A DNA stretch of 64,000 nucleotides from Candidatus Woesebacteria bacterium (GTDB lineage: Bacteria > Patescibacteriota > Microgenomatia > UBA8517), in the NCBI GenBank assembly GCA_020060565.1, contig JAGVAE010000002.1, positions 371,270-435,269 on the forward strand, read 5' to 3'. The notes beneath the pieces were generated by a model, which saw only the letters and a program-made list of their open reading frames with translations, made no database searches and was not told where the DNA came from. Made by a program: the position numbers and the translations under genes. Below, piece after piece: positions 30,495-39,524 of the stretch. The stretch's first letter is position 1, and every line of letters begins with the position of its first letter.

Positions 30495-31367
30495 ATGGAT
30501 AACCAGGCTGAGAAATATAAAATGATCTTGGGAACAGTCCAATTAGGCCAGAATTACGGTATCAATGATAAATTAAAGCCTTCTGAGGAGCAATCCCATA
30601 CAATCTTAGATGAAGCACACAAAGCTGGGATTAGGTGGCTTGACACTGCCGATAACTACGGTAGTGCGATTACAACTATTGGTAACTATCTCAGAAGAAA
30701 CCATAATTTTCAAATTTTTAATAAATTTATTTTAACTGATGGTGGGGATATTGATCGAAAAGTAGAGCACACATTAAGGATATTAGATATTGACCATTTT
30801 GAAGTATATTCGTATCATCGCTTTAAAGATTTTATTAATAGTCCTGAGACTCGAAAAAAAATGTTGCAGTTAAAGGATCAAAGATTAATTAAAAAAATAG
30901 GTATATCAATTTACTCAAATCTAGAATTTAGACAGGCTATCGATACAGATGTTATTGACGTTATTCAAATACCGTTGAATATTCTTGATAATACTAATAT
31001 ACGAGGCGCTTTAATGGATAGAGCTGTAAGAAAGGGAAAAGAAATCCATGCAAGATCTATATTTTTACAAGGCCTCTTTTTTACAGATGAGAATAGGATA
31101 CCCAACAAAATAAAACCACTGATACCATATTTGAAAAAAATTAAAGATTTTAGTAAGGAGAATAATATACCTATAAATGAAATTGCTTTAACTTATGTGG
31201 TTTCTAATCCGAATGTGAGCGGTGTATTAATCGGAGTGCGCAATGTAGAACAGTTAACTGGAGATTTAAACTGTCTGAAATCTGAACATGTCAAAATTAT
31301 TACTAATTTTGTAAATACATTAGATGTTAAAGAGACTCAGCTATTGAATCCAAATAACTGGAAATAA
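30495..31367 (+). CDS. Aldo/keto reductase (copy 2)
   Basis: LGTVQLGQNYG, LDTADNYG, KIGISIY, RSIFLQGL; clear paralog of 29541. Confidence 0.9.
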   Translation: MDNQAEKYKMILGTVQLGQNYGINDKLKPSEEQSHTILDEAHKAGIRWLDTADNYGSAITTIGNYLRRNHNFQIFNKFILTDGGDIDRKVEHTLRILDIDHFEVYSYHRFKDFINSPETRKKMLQLKDQRLIKKIGISIYSNLEFRQAIDTDVIDVIQIPLNILDNTNIRGALMDRAVRKGKEIHARSIFLQGLFFTDENRIPNKIKPLIPYLKKIKDFSKENNIPINEIALTYVVSNPNVSGVLIGVRNVEQLTGDLNCLKSEHVKIITNFVNTLDVKETQLLNPNNWK

Positions 31368-31368
31368 T

Positions 31369-33450
31369 ATGAAGATATTAGCAATTACACAAGCAAGAGT
31401 TGGGTCAACTCGTCTGCCAGGGAAAGTCCTAAAAACTATAAAAAACAAAACTTTATTAGAGATACACTTAACAAGGATTTTGCAGTCAAAAAAAATATCC
31501 AAATTAATAGTGGCCACAACTATAGAGCCTGGGGCTGAAAAAATTGTAGCTATCGCTAAAAAACTTGGAGTGGAATCATATAGGGGTTCAGTAAATGATG
31601 TCTTGGAACGCTTTTACCTTGCTGCGTTGCCAGAGAACCCTGATTATATTGTACGTTTGACCTCTGATTGTCCACTTATCGATGCCGTCGAGATAGATAA
31701 AGTTATAAACAAATGTATTCAGGGTAAATATGATTATACTTCGAATAATATTGAACCTACTTTTCCAGATGGGCTAGACACTGAAGTGTTTAAATTTTCT
31801 GCGCTCAAAAAAGCTTACAATAAGGCCACTCTTAAATCTGATCGTGAGCATGTTACACCTTATATTTGGAGAAATTCATTGGTAAGAGGAGGAAAGATAT
31901 TTAATTCATTTAATGTAAAATACCATAATGATTTTTCAATTTATCGTCTTACAGTTGATACGCAGGAGGATTTTGATTTGATTAGAAATCTCATTTCTCG
32001 CTTGGGAATAGATAAAGGATGGTTGGATTATGTAAATTATCTAGACAAAAACCCAAAGTTGATGAATATAAACTCTAAATATGAGAGGAATGAGGGCTAC
32101 AAAAAATCACTAGAAGAAGATAAAATGTTCGTGAAAAAAATGAATACAGGACAAAATTTATACAGAAAAGCAAAAACACTTATTCCAGGGGGTACACAGT
32201 TGTTGTCGAAGCGTCCGGAAATGTTTCTACCTAACCATTGGCCAGCCTACTATAGCAAAGCAAAAGGATGTTATGTTTGGGATATGGATGGCAAAAAATT
32301 TATAGACATGAGTTATATGGGAATTGGTGCGTGTGTTTTGGGGTATGCGAATTCTGAAATAGATGAAGCAGCTATTAAAGCAGTTAGGCTTGGAAGTATG
32401 TGTACATTAAACGCGCCAGAAGAAGTTGAGCTGGCTGAATTGATGTGTAAACTTCATCCGTGGGCTCAAATGGTTCGTTATACCAGGGGTGGTGGTGAGG
32501 CGATGTCCGTTGCGATTAGAATTGCTAGAGCAAAATCAGGTAAAGATAAAATATTATTTTGTGGGTATCATGGTTGGCATGATTGGTATTTGGCAGCCAA
32601 CTTAGCAAAGTCTAAAAATTTGGATGGGCATTTATTACCAGGACTTGATCCTTTGGGGGTTCCAAGAGGTTTGAGAGGTAGCTCTGTTCCTTTTAATTAC
32701 AACAATACCGAAGAGTTTTTAAAATTGATAAAAAAATATGAAGGCCAAGTTGGGGTGGTTGTTTTGGAGTCTATAAGAAATCTTAAACCAGAAAAAAAAT
32801 TTATTAATACCATAGCTAAAGTAACAAAAGAGCAGGGTATAGTATTTGTGGTTGATGAAATTACTGCTGCATGGAGAATTAATAATGGAGGAGCACATTT
32901 GGTTTTAGGTATTGAGCCTGACATTGCTGTCTTTGGGAAAGCTATAAGCAATGGTTTCCCAATGGGTGTGGTGATTGGTAAAAGAAGTGTTATGCAAAAA
33001 GCACAAGATACATTTATAAGCAGCACGTATTGGACAGATAGAATTGGACCAACTACTGCTATAGCTACTATAAAATATTTCAAACAAAATAATGTTCACA
33101 AGCATTTAATTTCTGCTGGAGAAAGCATACGTAGGGGCTGGAAAGAATTGGCAGAAAAACACAATCTTAAAATAGAAGTTGGAGGTTTAATTCCTTTAAG
33201 CCATTTTACTTTCGAATACAAAAACCCATTAGTGCTAAAAACATTATTTACTCAAGAGATGTTGGAACTTGGTTTTCTAGCAACAACTGCTTATTATGCT
33301 TCATATGCACACAAACCTCAGCATATTAAAAAATATCTGGAAGCTTGTGATAAAGTTTTTGGATTGATCTCCGATGCCATTAAAAATGGTAATCCAGATA
33401 GGCTGTTAAATGGCCCTGTTTGTCACTCAGGGTTTAAAAGATTAAATTAA
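31369..33450 (+). CDS. Fusion of SpsF-like acylneuraminate cytidylyltransferase and class III PLP aminotransferase
   Basis: N-half QARVGSTRLPGKVL, RLTSDCP, REHVT, RLTVD; C-half IPGGTQLLSKRP, YHGWHDW, DEI, FGKAISNGFP. Confidence 0.88.
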   Translation: MKILAITQARVGSTRLPGKVLKTIKNKTLLEIHLTRILQSKKISKLIVATTIEPGAEKIVAIAKKLGVESYRGSVNDVLERFYLAALPENPDYIVRLTSDCPLIDAVEIDKVINKCIQGKYDYTSNNIEPTFPDGLDTEVFKFSALKKAYNKATLKSDREHVTPYIWRNSLVRGGKIFNSFNVKYHNDFSIYRLTVDTQEDFDLIRNLISRLGIDKGWLDYVNYLDKNPKLMNINSKYERNEGYKKSLEEDKMFVKKMNTGQNLYRKAKTLIPGGTQLLSKRPEMFLPNHWPAYYSKAKGCYVWDMDGKKFIDMSYMGIGACVLGYANSEIDEAAIKAVRLGSMCTLNAPEEVELAELMCKLHPWAQMVRYTRGGGEAMSVAIRIARAKSGKDKILFCGYHGWHDWYLAANLAKSKNLDGHLLPGLDPLGVPRGLRGSSVPFNYNNTEEFLKLIKKYEGQVGVVVLESIRNLKPEKKFINTIAKVTKEQGIVFVVDEITAAWRINNGGAHLVLGIEPDIAVFGKAISNGFPMGVVIGKRSVMQKAQDTFISSTYWTDRIGPTTAIATIKYFKQNNVHKHLISAGESIRRGWKELAEKHNLKIEVGGLIPLSHFTFEYKNPLVLKTLFTQEMLELGFLATTAYYASYAHKPQHIKKYLEACDKVFGLISDAIKNGNPDRLLNGPVCHSGFKRLN

Positions 33451-33474
33451 AAGTGGCCATGTTGATTCTAAACT

Positions 33475-34389
33475 ATGAGTAAAAATGGACAGAAAAAATT
33501 TGGATTGGAGGATGTGTCTGTGGTGGTTTGTACAAGGAATGAGGAAAAAAGGATTAAAGAATGTCTTGAAGCGATTAAAAATAATCATCCTGGAGAAATA
33601 ATCATCGTAGATGGTGGATCGAAAGATAATACTGTCAAAATCGCAAGAAAATACGCAGATAAAATTATTAAATCAACTCACTCCCATCTTAGTAGAGATA
33701 GGCAGTTGGGTATCGATAGTTCTAAAAAGTCTGTAATAGCAATGATAGATGCCGATCATCGTTTAGAATCTGGAGACATCTCTTCATTACTCAATGATTT
33801 GGAAAAATATCGTCTTGATTTGGTTCAATCTCAATTGATTTCATACAAAAACGAAAGTTTCTGGAATGCTGCCGAAGAGCAAATGTGGGAAATCAACCTT
33901 AATATTCCAGGTGGAAAGAAGATGATTGGAACTGCACCTGCTGTTTATAAAAAATTTATCTTTGATTATGTAAGATTTGACGATCATATTACAAATTTGA
34001 TTGATGACACAGATTTTATTTATCGTTTATCGAAGTATAAAAAAATAAAATTTGGAACTGGAGATACTAGAATTAAGCAACTCCATTCCACTTCCTTTAA
34101 ATCATATATTAAAAAATTTATTTGGTATGGAAGAGGCGACGGCCAATTTTGTATTAAAAATAAAAATCGGGCAGGTTCGATGCTTTTTCATTTATGTATC
34201 CGTTACCCTGTCATATATCCCGTTAGGGCGGCATTACAAGGGAAACTCAAAGTGGTGCCATATTTTATTATTCAGGGATGGATGCGTTTCTACGGTTTGC
34301 TAATTGAGATTGTAAAAATATATATTGGTAAAATTGCATATGGAAAGAACAATAGCCATATTTCCCATAAAATTAATGAAAAAAAATAA
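33475..34389 (+). CDS. Glycosyltransferase family 2
   Basis: SVVVCTRNEE, VDGGSKDNT, IDAD. Confidence 0.88.
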   Translation: MSKNGQKKFGLEDVSVVVCTRNEEKRIKECLEAIKNNHPGEIIIVDGGSKDNTVKIARKYADKIIKSTHSHLSRDRQLGIDSSKKSVIAMIDADHRLESGDISSLLNDLEKYRLDLVQSQLISYKNESFWNAAEEQMWEINLNIPGGKKMIGTAPAVYKKFIFDYVRFDDHITNLIDDTDFIYRLSKYKKIKFGTGDTRIKQLHSTSFKSYIKKFIWYGRGDGQFCIKNKNRAGSMLFHLCIRYPVIYPVRAALQGKLKVVPYFIIQGWMRFYGLLIEIVKIYIGKIAYGKNNSHISHKINEKK

Positions 34390-35437
34390 TTTCAGCACAC
34401 ATAAGTCAATTTATTTATTTCTCCTCAGAATACTTGCAATTTTTTTAGTAGTGTTACTACATGCTTCAGCAATTGTTGTGGTTAAATATGGTCAAATTGG
34501 GACAGATTCTTGGTTGGTTGCCAATCTATTCGATAGTATCACAAGACCTTCGGTTGCAATATTGTTTATGGTCAGTGGAGCATTGCTTTTACCGAAAAAT
34601 GAACCTTTAGGTGTGTTTTACAAGAAAAGGTTTGTAAAAATATTAATTCCATTCTATTTTTGGCAACTGTTTTATCTTTTTTACTCACTATCTTTTCAAA
34701 TCGAACCATTTATTAGCGCACTAAAAACAAGAAATACGTATTACGACTTACTTTTTGGTTATAATTATACCCATCTATGGTTTATTCCAATTATCATACA
34801 AATATATTTAATTACACCGATATTAAGACGGTGGATATTATCGGTAAAAAAATCTCAAGTTTTTCAGGGACTGTTTATTTGGGGAACAATAATTATTTTG
34901 AATGACGCATCTTCTTATATATTGGGAAAATCAATGGTTACTTCCAATTTTGTATTTGGATTGGGATATTTTCTTTTAGGTTATTATTTGTCATCTCTAA
35001 AATTTACCCTTAAACCTAGGATAGCAGTCTTGTTTTTGGTGTTGTCATTGGGTATTACTGCATCTTTCACAGCAATTATTACTATTGTTAATAAATCACT
35101 ATCTCTTTATCCGTATAGTTATTCAAGTATCCAAAATTGTGTTGCGGCAATACTATTTTTTATTCTGATAAGACAAATTAATTGGCCAAAAATATCCTCA
35201 ATTTTGTTTGTTAAAATTGTTTCATTCATCAGTTCTAGCTGTTTCGGGATTTATCTGGTGCATTTAATATTACTTGAATTAATAGTAAAAAAATTTCCGT
35301 TTTTCTTTTTTCCGCCAATGTCAAATTGGTACGATTATCTTTTTAAGATACCCATACTTGCCATCATTACCTTTTTGGCAAGTCTAGTAATTATTTCAAT
35401 ACTAAAAACAAACAAATTTACCGAAAAAATAGTTTAA
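34376..35437 (+). CDS. Acyltransferase-3 family membrane O-acyltransferase (WecH/OafA-like)
   Basis: LRILAIFLVVLLH, FMVSGALL, HLWF, FGIYLVH; about 10 TM; ATG at 34376. Confidence 0.88.
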   Translation: MKKNNFSTHKSIYLFLLRILAIFLVVLLHASAIVVVKYGQIGTDSWLVANLFDSITRPSVAILFMVSGALLLPKNEPLGVFYKKRFVKILIPFYFWQLFYLFYSLSFQIEPFISALKTRNTYYDLLFGYNYTHLWFIPIIIQIYLITPILRRWILSVKKSQVFQGLFIWGTIIILNDASSYILGKSMVTSNFVFGLGYFLLGYYLSSLKFTLKPRIAVLFLVLSLGITASFTAIITIVNKSLSLYPYSYSSIQNCVAAILFFILIRQINWPKISSILFVKIVSFISSSCFGIYLVHLILLELIVKKFPFFFFPPMSNWYDYLFKIPILAIITFLASLVIISILKTNKFTEKIV

Positions 35438-35511
35438 TCTTTAGAGTCTTCCCACAAAGGTAGATAAGTATTCTATTAAGACAATAATTGCCGTACAATT
35501 CTAGGAACATA

Positions 35512-37266
35512 ATGAAAATCATTTGTTTTTCGTCCCACACTGCAACATGGTATTTCGCTTTTGCTGAGGCAGTTATTGCCTGTGCTCTGCAGAAGAAAGG
35601 TCACGAAGTTCTTTTTATAACTCCAGGTAACCAGTTTTCTGGAATAACTAGTTTAAGGCAAGAAAAAATATTAAGAGAAGAGTTTAGTCTACATGGATAT
35701 GAAATTGGAACCGTATTATCCAAAAAAGACCTTAAAGAAATTGCCTTAATAATTAAAAAATTAAATAGAAAAAATTTCGGTAAATTAGTAATTGGAAATA
35801 TTCAAATAGGTAAAATTGCGTTATATGAATTTCTTTTGCGTAACAAAAAAATAAAAATTGAATTTTCCATAGATGAATGGAAAGAATGTATTTCAGAAAT
35901 AGAAAATACACTAGTTTCATTTTATGCCTGCAGAAATATATTGAAAAAAGAAAATCCGGACAGAATATTAATGTACAGTACGCTTTATTCAGTAAACCAT
36001 GTTTGGGAGTTAAATGCCAAACAAAAAAGTATACCGGTATATTTTATGCATCATGGGTCAAACCTTTCAGACATAGACAATACTTTAATAATTGCTAAAA
36101 ATAATGCCTTTTTTTATTTAGATAAACTTAAAAATTACTGGTCAAAATTGAAGGACATTCCAGTAAATCAAGAATTACTAAGTGAGGTGACCGATCATTT
36201 TTTAGAACTACTGAAAGGGAAACATTATCTGGTTTATTCATCACCAAAAAGTAAAGAAACAATTAATATTAGAAAAATTTTCAATATTAATGAAAATCAA
36301 AAAATTCTGACAGCAACAATGAGTAGTTATGATGAAATGGTTGCCGCTAAATATGTTGGAGTTTGGAAAATGTCCAATAAACCTATTTTTCAGACTCAAA
36401 TCGATTGGATTAAAACTCTAGTTAAATATATGAGGCAAAGACAAGACTTATTTCTTTTGATTCGGGTTCACCCGAGGGAATTTCCAAACAAAAGAGATAG
36501 TCTAAAATCGGAACACGCCAAAGTATTGGGAAAGGTTTTAAGAAATTTACCGGACAATGTTAAAGTGAACTGGCCTACGGATAAGATATCAATATATGAT
36601 TTAGCGGAAGAAACTAGTGTTTTTTTAAATGCGTGGTCGTCGGTAGGTTTAGAGATGAGCTTGTTGGGTGTTCCTGTGGTAATTTATTCTAAAGAATTTG
36701 TCCTATATCCTTCAGACATCAATTATTTAGCCAGAAATCGAAAAGATTATTTCGCAAAAATTGAACTAGCTCTAAAAGATGGTTGGAGTTATAAAAAAAT
36801 TAAGAAAGTATATCGCTGGCTAGCATTGCATAATGGCCGAGCGGTTGTTAGGTTTAGAAAAAAACAGACTGAAATCGGTCAATTAACAATCAACGGAACA
36901 ACCCCCCCATTTTTGAGCAATTTTTATAATAGCCTTTCACCTAAAGTAAGATCATATGTTGTAAAGTTGGCAATGGCAATGCCTGGAATATGGATTAACA
37001 GAAGACAGAGGGATGAATGTAGGAGACAACTTATGGAAAAAGTTGATATTTCAAATGTAGAAAAAATGCTTCTCAATTCAGATGACACTTTGGTTGAAGT
37101 AAAAAAGACATTGACTAAACAGACAATGGTGAAAGAAGAGGATTGCAATATTCGCAAAGAAGTAAAAAGAATATTTGAATCAATGTATGGTATGTATTCT
37201 AGAAAAATGCCTATTAAAAAAGGTGGTTTACAGGATAATTTAAGAAATGTTTTTACAAAAAAATGA
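35512..37266 (+). CDS. Capsule-synthesis (KpsS/KpsC-like) GT-B protein, candidate ulosonate transferase
   Basis: SSYDE, FQTQIDW, IRVHPRE, SIYDL, WSSVGLE...GVPV; ATG at 35512. Confidence 0.6.
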   Translation: MKIICFSSHTATWYFAFAEAVIACALQKKGHEVLFITPGNQFSGITSLRQEKILREEFSLHGYEIGTVLSKKDLKEIALIIKKLNRKNFGKLVIGNIQIGKIALYEFLLRNKKIKIEFSIDEWKECISEIENTLVSFYACRNILKKENPDRILMYSTLYSVNHVWELNAKQKSIPVYFMHHGSNLSDIDNTLIIAKNNAFFYLDKLKNYWSKLKDIPVNQELLSEVTDHFLELLKGKHYLVYSSPKSKETINIRKIFNINENQKILTATMSSYDEMVAAKYVGVWKMSNKPIFQTQIDWIKTLVKYMRQRQDLFLLIRVHPREFPNKRDSLKSEHAKVLGKVLRNLPDNVKVNWPTDKISIYDLAEETSVFLNAWSSVGLEMSLLGVPVVIYSKEFVLYPSDINYLARNRKDYFAKIELALKDGWSYKKIKKVYRWLALHNGRAVVRFRKKQTEIGQLTINGTTPPFLSNFYNSLSPKVRSYVVKLAMAMPGIWINRRQRDECRRQLMEKVDISNVEKMLLNSDDTLVEVKKTLTKQTMVKEEDCNIRKEVKRIFESMYGMYSRKMPIKKGGLQDNLRNVFTKK

Positions 37267-37925
37267 AAGATTTTTTATACATTATACTTGGTTACTTTAA
37301 GAAATCCTTTTCTCAAGAAGGTGAAGATCTAATTTTATTAGAATACTTCAAAAAGAAAAAAAGAGGATTTTATATCGATATTGGAGCCCACCATCCATTT
37401 AGATTTTCTAATACATATCTTTTTTATAAAAAGGGATGGAGGGGTATTAATATAGATGCCACTCCTGGAAGTATGAATATGTTTTATAAATATCGATATA
37501 GAGATATAAATATTGAGGTTCCCATATCAAACAACAATAAAAGAATTGATTATTTTATATTCGATGAACCTGCCCTAAATAGTTTTTCCTCAAAGCTTTC
37601 AAAGGAAAGGAATGCTAATACTAAATATAAGATCAAAGAAATAGTTAAACTAAAACCGCGGAAACTGTCAGAAATTTTAGATGATTATATAACGAAGAAT
37701 ACGAAGATTGATTTTATGTCGGTAGATGTAGAAGGTTACGAATATGAAGTTCTTATCTCGAATAATTGGGAAAAATATAAACCAACCTATCTTTTAGTGG
37801 AGATATTAAACACTAAGTTGTGCCAAATGGAGAATGATAAATCCTATTCATTTTTGATTAAAAAGGGTTATTCAATGATTAATAAGACAGGAAGAACGGT
37901 TATATTTAAGAGAAGGTTGAAATAG
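37263..37925 (+). CDS. FkbM family methyltransferase
   Basis: SQEGED, GFYIDIGAHHP, SNT, GWRGINID, SVDVEG. Confidence 0.92.
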   Translation: MKDFLYIILGYFKKSFSQEGEDLILLEYFKKKKRGFYIDIGAHHPFRFSNTYLFYKKGWRGINIDATPGSMNMFYKYRYRDINIEVPISNNNKRIDYFIFDEPALNSFSSKLSKERNANTKYKIKEIVKLKPRKLSEILDDYITKNTKIDFMSVDVEGYEYEVLISNNWEKYKPTYLLVEILNTKLCQMENDKSYSFLIKKGYSMINKTGRTVIFKRRLK

Positions 37926-37979
37926 TATAGACTGTTTATGGAGTGTTTTTGGTAAAGTCTAAAATATTAAGGCACTAAT

Positions 37980-39521
37980 ATGAATATATTTTTAACATTT
38001 TCAGATGCAGCCAAATTTGCAGATATTGCAAGAAATGTTATTTCTGGATTAGGTTATAATGGCAATTTTTCTTTTTGGAGAGATGGTGCTTTTGCCCTTT
38101 TGCAAGGGGTAGCTTTTCCTTCTCCATGGTTACCACCACTCATGCCTTTATCAATAGCTCTGGCATTTAAGATATTTGGAGTATCAGATTTGGCAGTAGT
38201 AGGGGTATCTTCTTTTTATTTTATTTTATTGGTTGTTTCTACATTTCTTTTAGGTAAAAAAATATTTGGGAATCTTGTTGGAATACTTTCAGCAATAGTC
38301 ATGGCGATGAGTGTAGATTTCTTGAATTATGCGAGAAACGGTTCGGCTGAGGCTCTTTTCACTTTTGAGATTATTACCACATCTTATTTGTTAACTATAA
38401 AGAAAAAATGGGCAAACGGATTAGCAATTATTTTCGCTATACTAATGTATTTTACTCGCCCTCAGGCCTTTATTTATATTGCAGGATTAATACTTTATTG
38501 GCTTTTAATAAATTTTAAAATCAAAAAAGCACTTATTTTATTTGGTTTGGTATTGGTTGGGGGTTTTTTGATTGATTATTTTATTCTCCCAAATTTTGCT
38601 GGAAAATACTTTTTATATTCTGTATCTGGTAGAGGAATACTAACGGCGACTCAAGTTACAGCTGGAGGGTCAGCTTCAGATTCTTTGAGGGGATATTCTG
38701 TTCCTGAAGCATCTATAGGCTTGTTGCAAATTGCTAAGAAAATATTTTATAACTTATATAATTTTTACAAATTAATTCCCCAAATATCCAATCCATATTT
38801 ATTTGCATTTTTCGTGTTTGGTTTGTTTCGTTGGAGTAAAAGTAATCTTATTAATTCATTTAAAACATCTTCAATATTTATGATCGCGACTACACTATTG
38901 GTATGTGCAGTATCTATTCCTTTCTTTCGCTATATTCATCCCGTAATTCCGTTTATATATATTATTAGTGTTGCAACCATAGTAGAAATTTTAAATCTTA
39001 AATTTATAAATCGTAAATTTATTATTTTTGTCTCCACATCTCTAATTTTAATTTTTTCTGTGGGACAAACTCTAGGCGTCATATTTTTGGACTCAAGATT
39101 TGTAAGGAATACTCACAATATAGATAAACCTCCTGTTTATGTTGTACTTTCAAAAATCCTAAAGGAAACAACTCAACCTTCTGACTTTGTGGTTACAAAT
39201 CTTGATACCTGGGGAAGTTGGTATGGTGAGAGAAGAACTATGTGGTTTCCTGTTGAGCCAAAACAGCTTATTGATACCAAAACAGGAGAAATTCCCTTTA
39301 ATGCAATTTATTTAACAAGTTATAGGATCGATGATGAAAACTATTACATGGGTAAGGATTGGAGAATGATTTTTGACAATCCTAATGACCCTAAAAAATG
39401 GACGTGTGACGGCTGTACTGAGATTGCCAAGGAATTTAAATTAAAAGATGTCTACAAAGTTCCTGCTAGTGATAATTATGAAAGACGGGATGCAAAGGCA
39501 ATACTTCTTGTGAGAAAATAA
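37980..39521 (+). CDS. GT39/ArnT-like GT-C membrane glycosyltransferase
   Basis: SDAAKFADIARN, PPLMP, FLLGKKIFG, TRPQ, RYIHP. Confidence 0.8.
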   Translation: MNIFLTFSDAAKFADIARNVISGLGYNGNFSFWRDGAFALLQGVAFPSPWLPPLMPLSIALAFKIFGVSDLAVVGVSSFYFILLVVSTFLLGKKIFGNLVGILSAIVMAMSVDFLNYARNGSAEALFTFEIITTSYLLTIKKKWANGLAIIFAILMYFTRPQAFIYIAGLILYWLLINFKIKKALILFGLVLVGGFLIDYFILPNFAGKYFLYSVSGRGILTATQVTAGGSASDSLRGYSVPEASIGLLQIAKKIFYNLYNFYKLIPQISNPYLFAFFVFGLFRWSKSNLINSFKTSSIFMIATTLLVCAVSIPFFRYIHPVIPFIYIISVATIVEILNLKFINRKFIIFVSTSLILIFSVGQTLGVIFLDSRFVRNTHNIDKPPVYVVLSKILKETTQPSDFVVTNLDTWGSWYGERRTMWFPVEPKQLIDTKTGEIPFNAIYLTSYRIDDENYYMGKDWRMIFDNPNDPKKWTCDGCTEIAKEFKLKDVYKVPASDNYERRDAKAILLVRK

Positions 39522-39524
39522 AAC

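Noticed and set aside
32140-33450. hemL (glutamate-1-semialdehyde aminomutase) call
   Set aside because: The domain is fused to a cytidylyltransferase in a sugar locus with no tetrapyrrole genes
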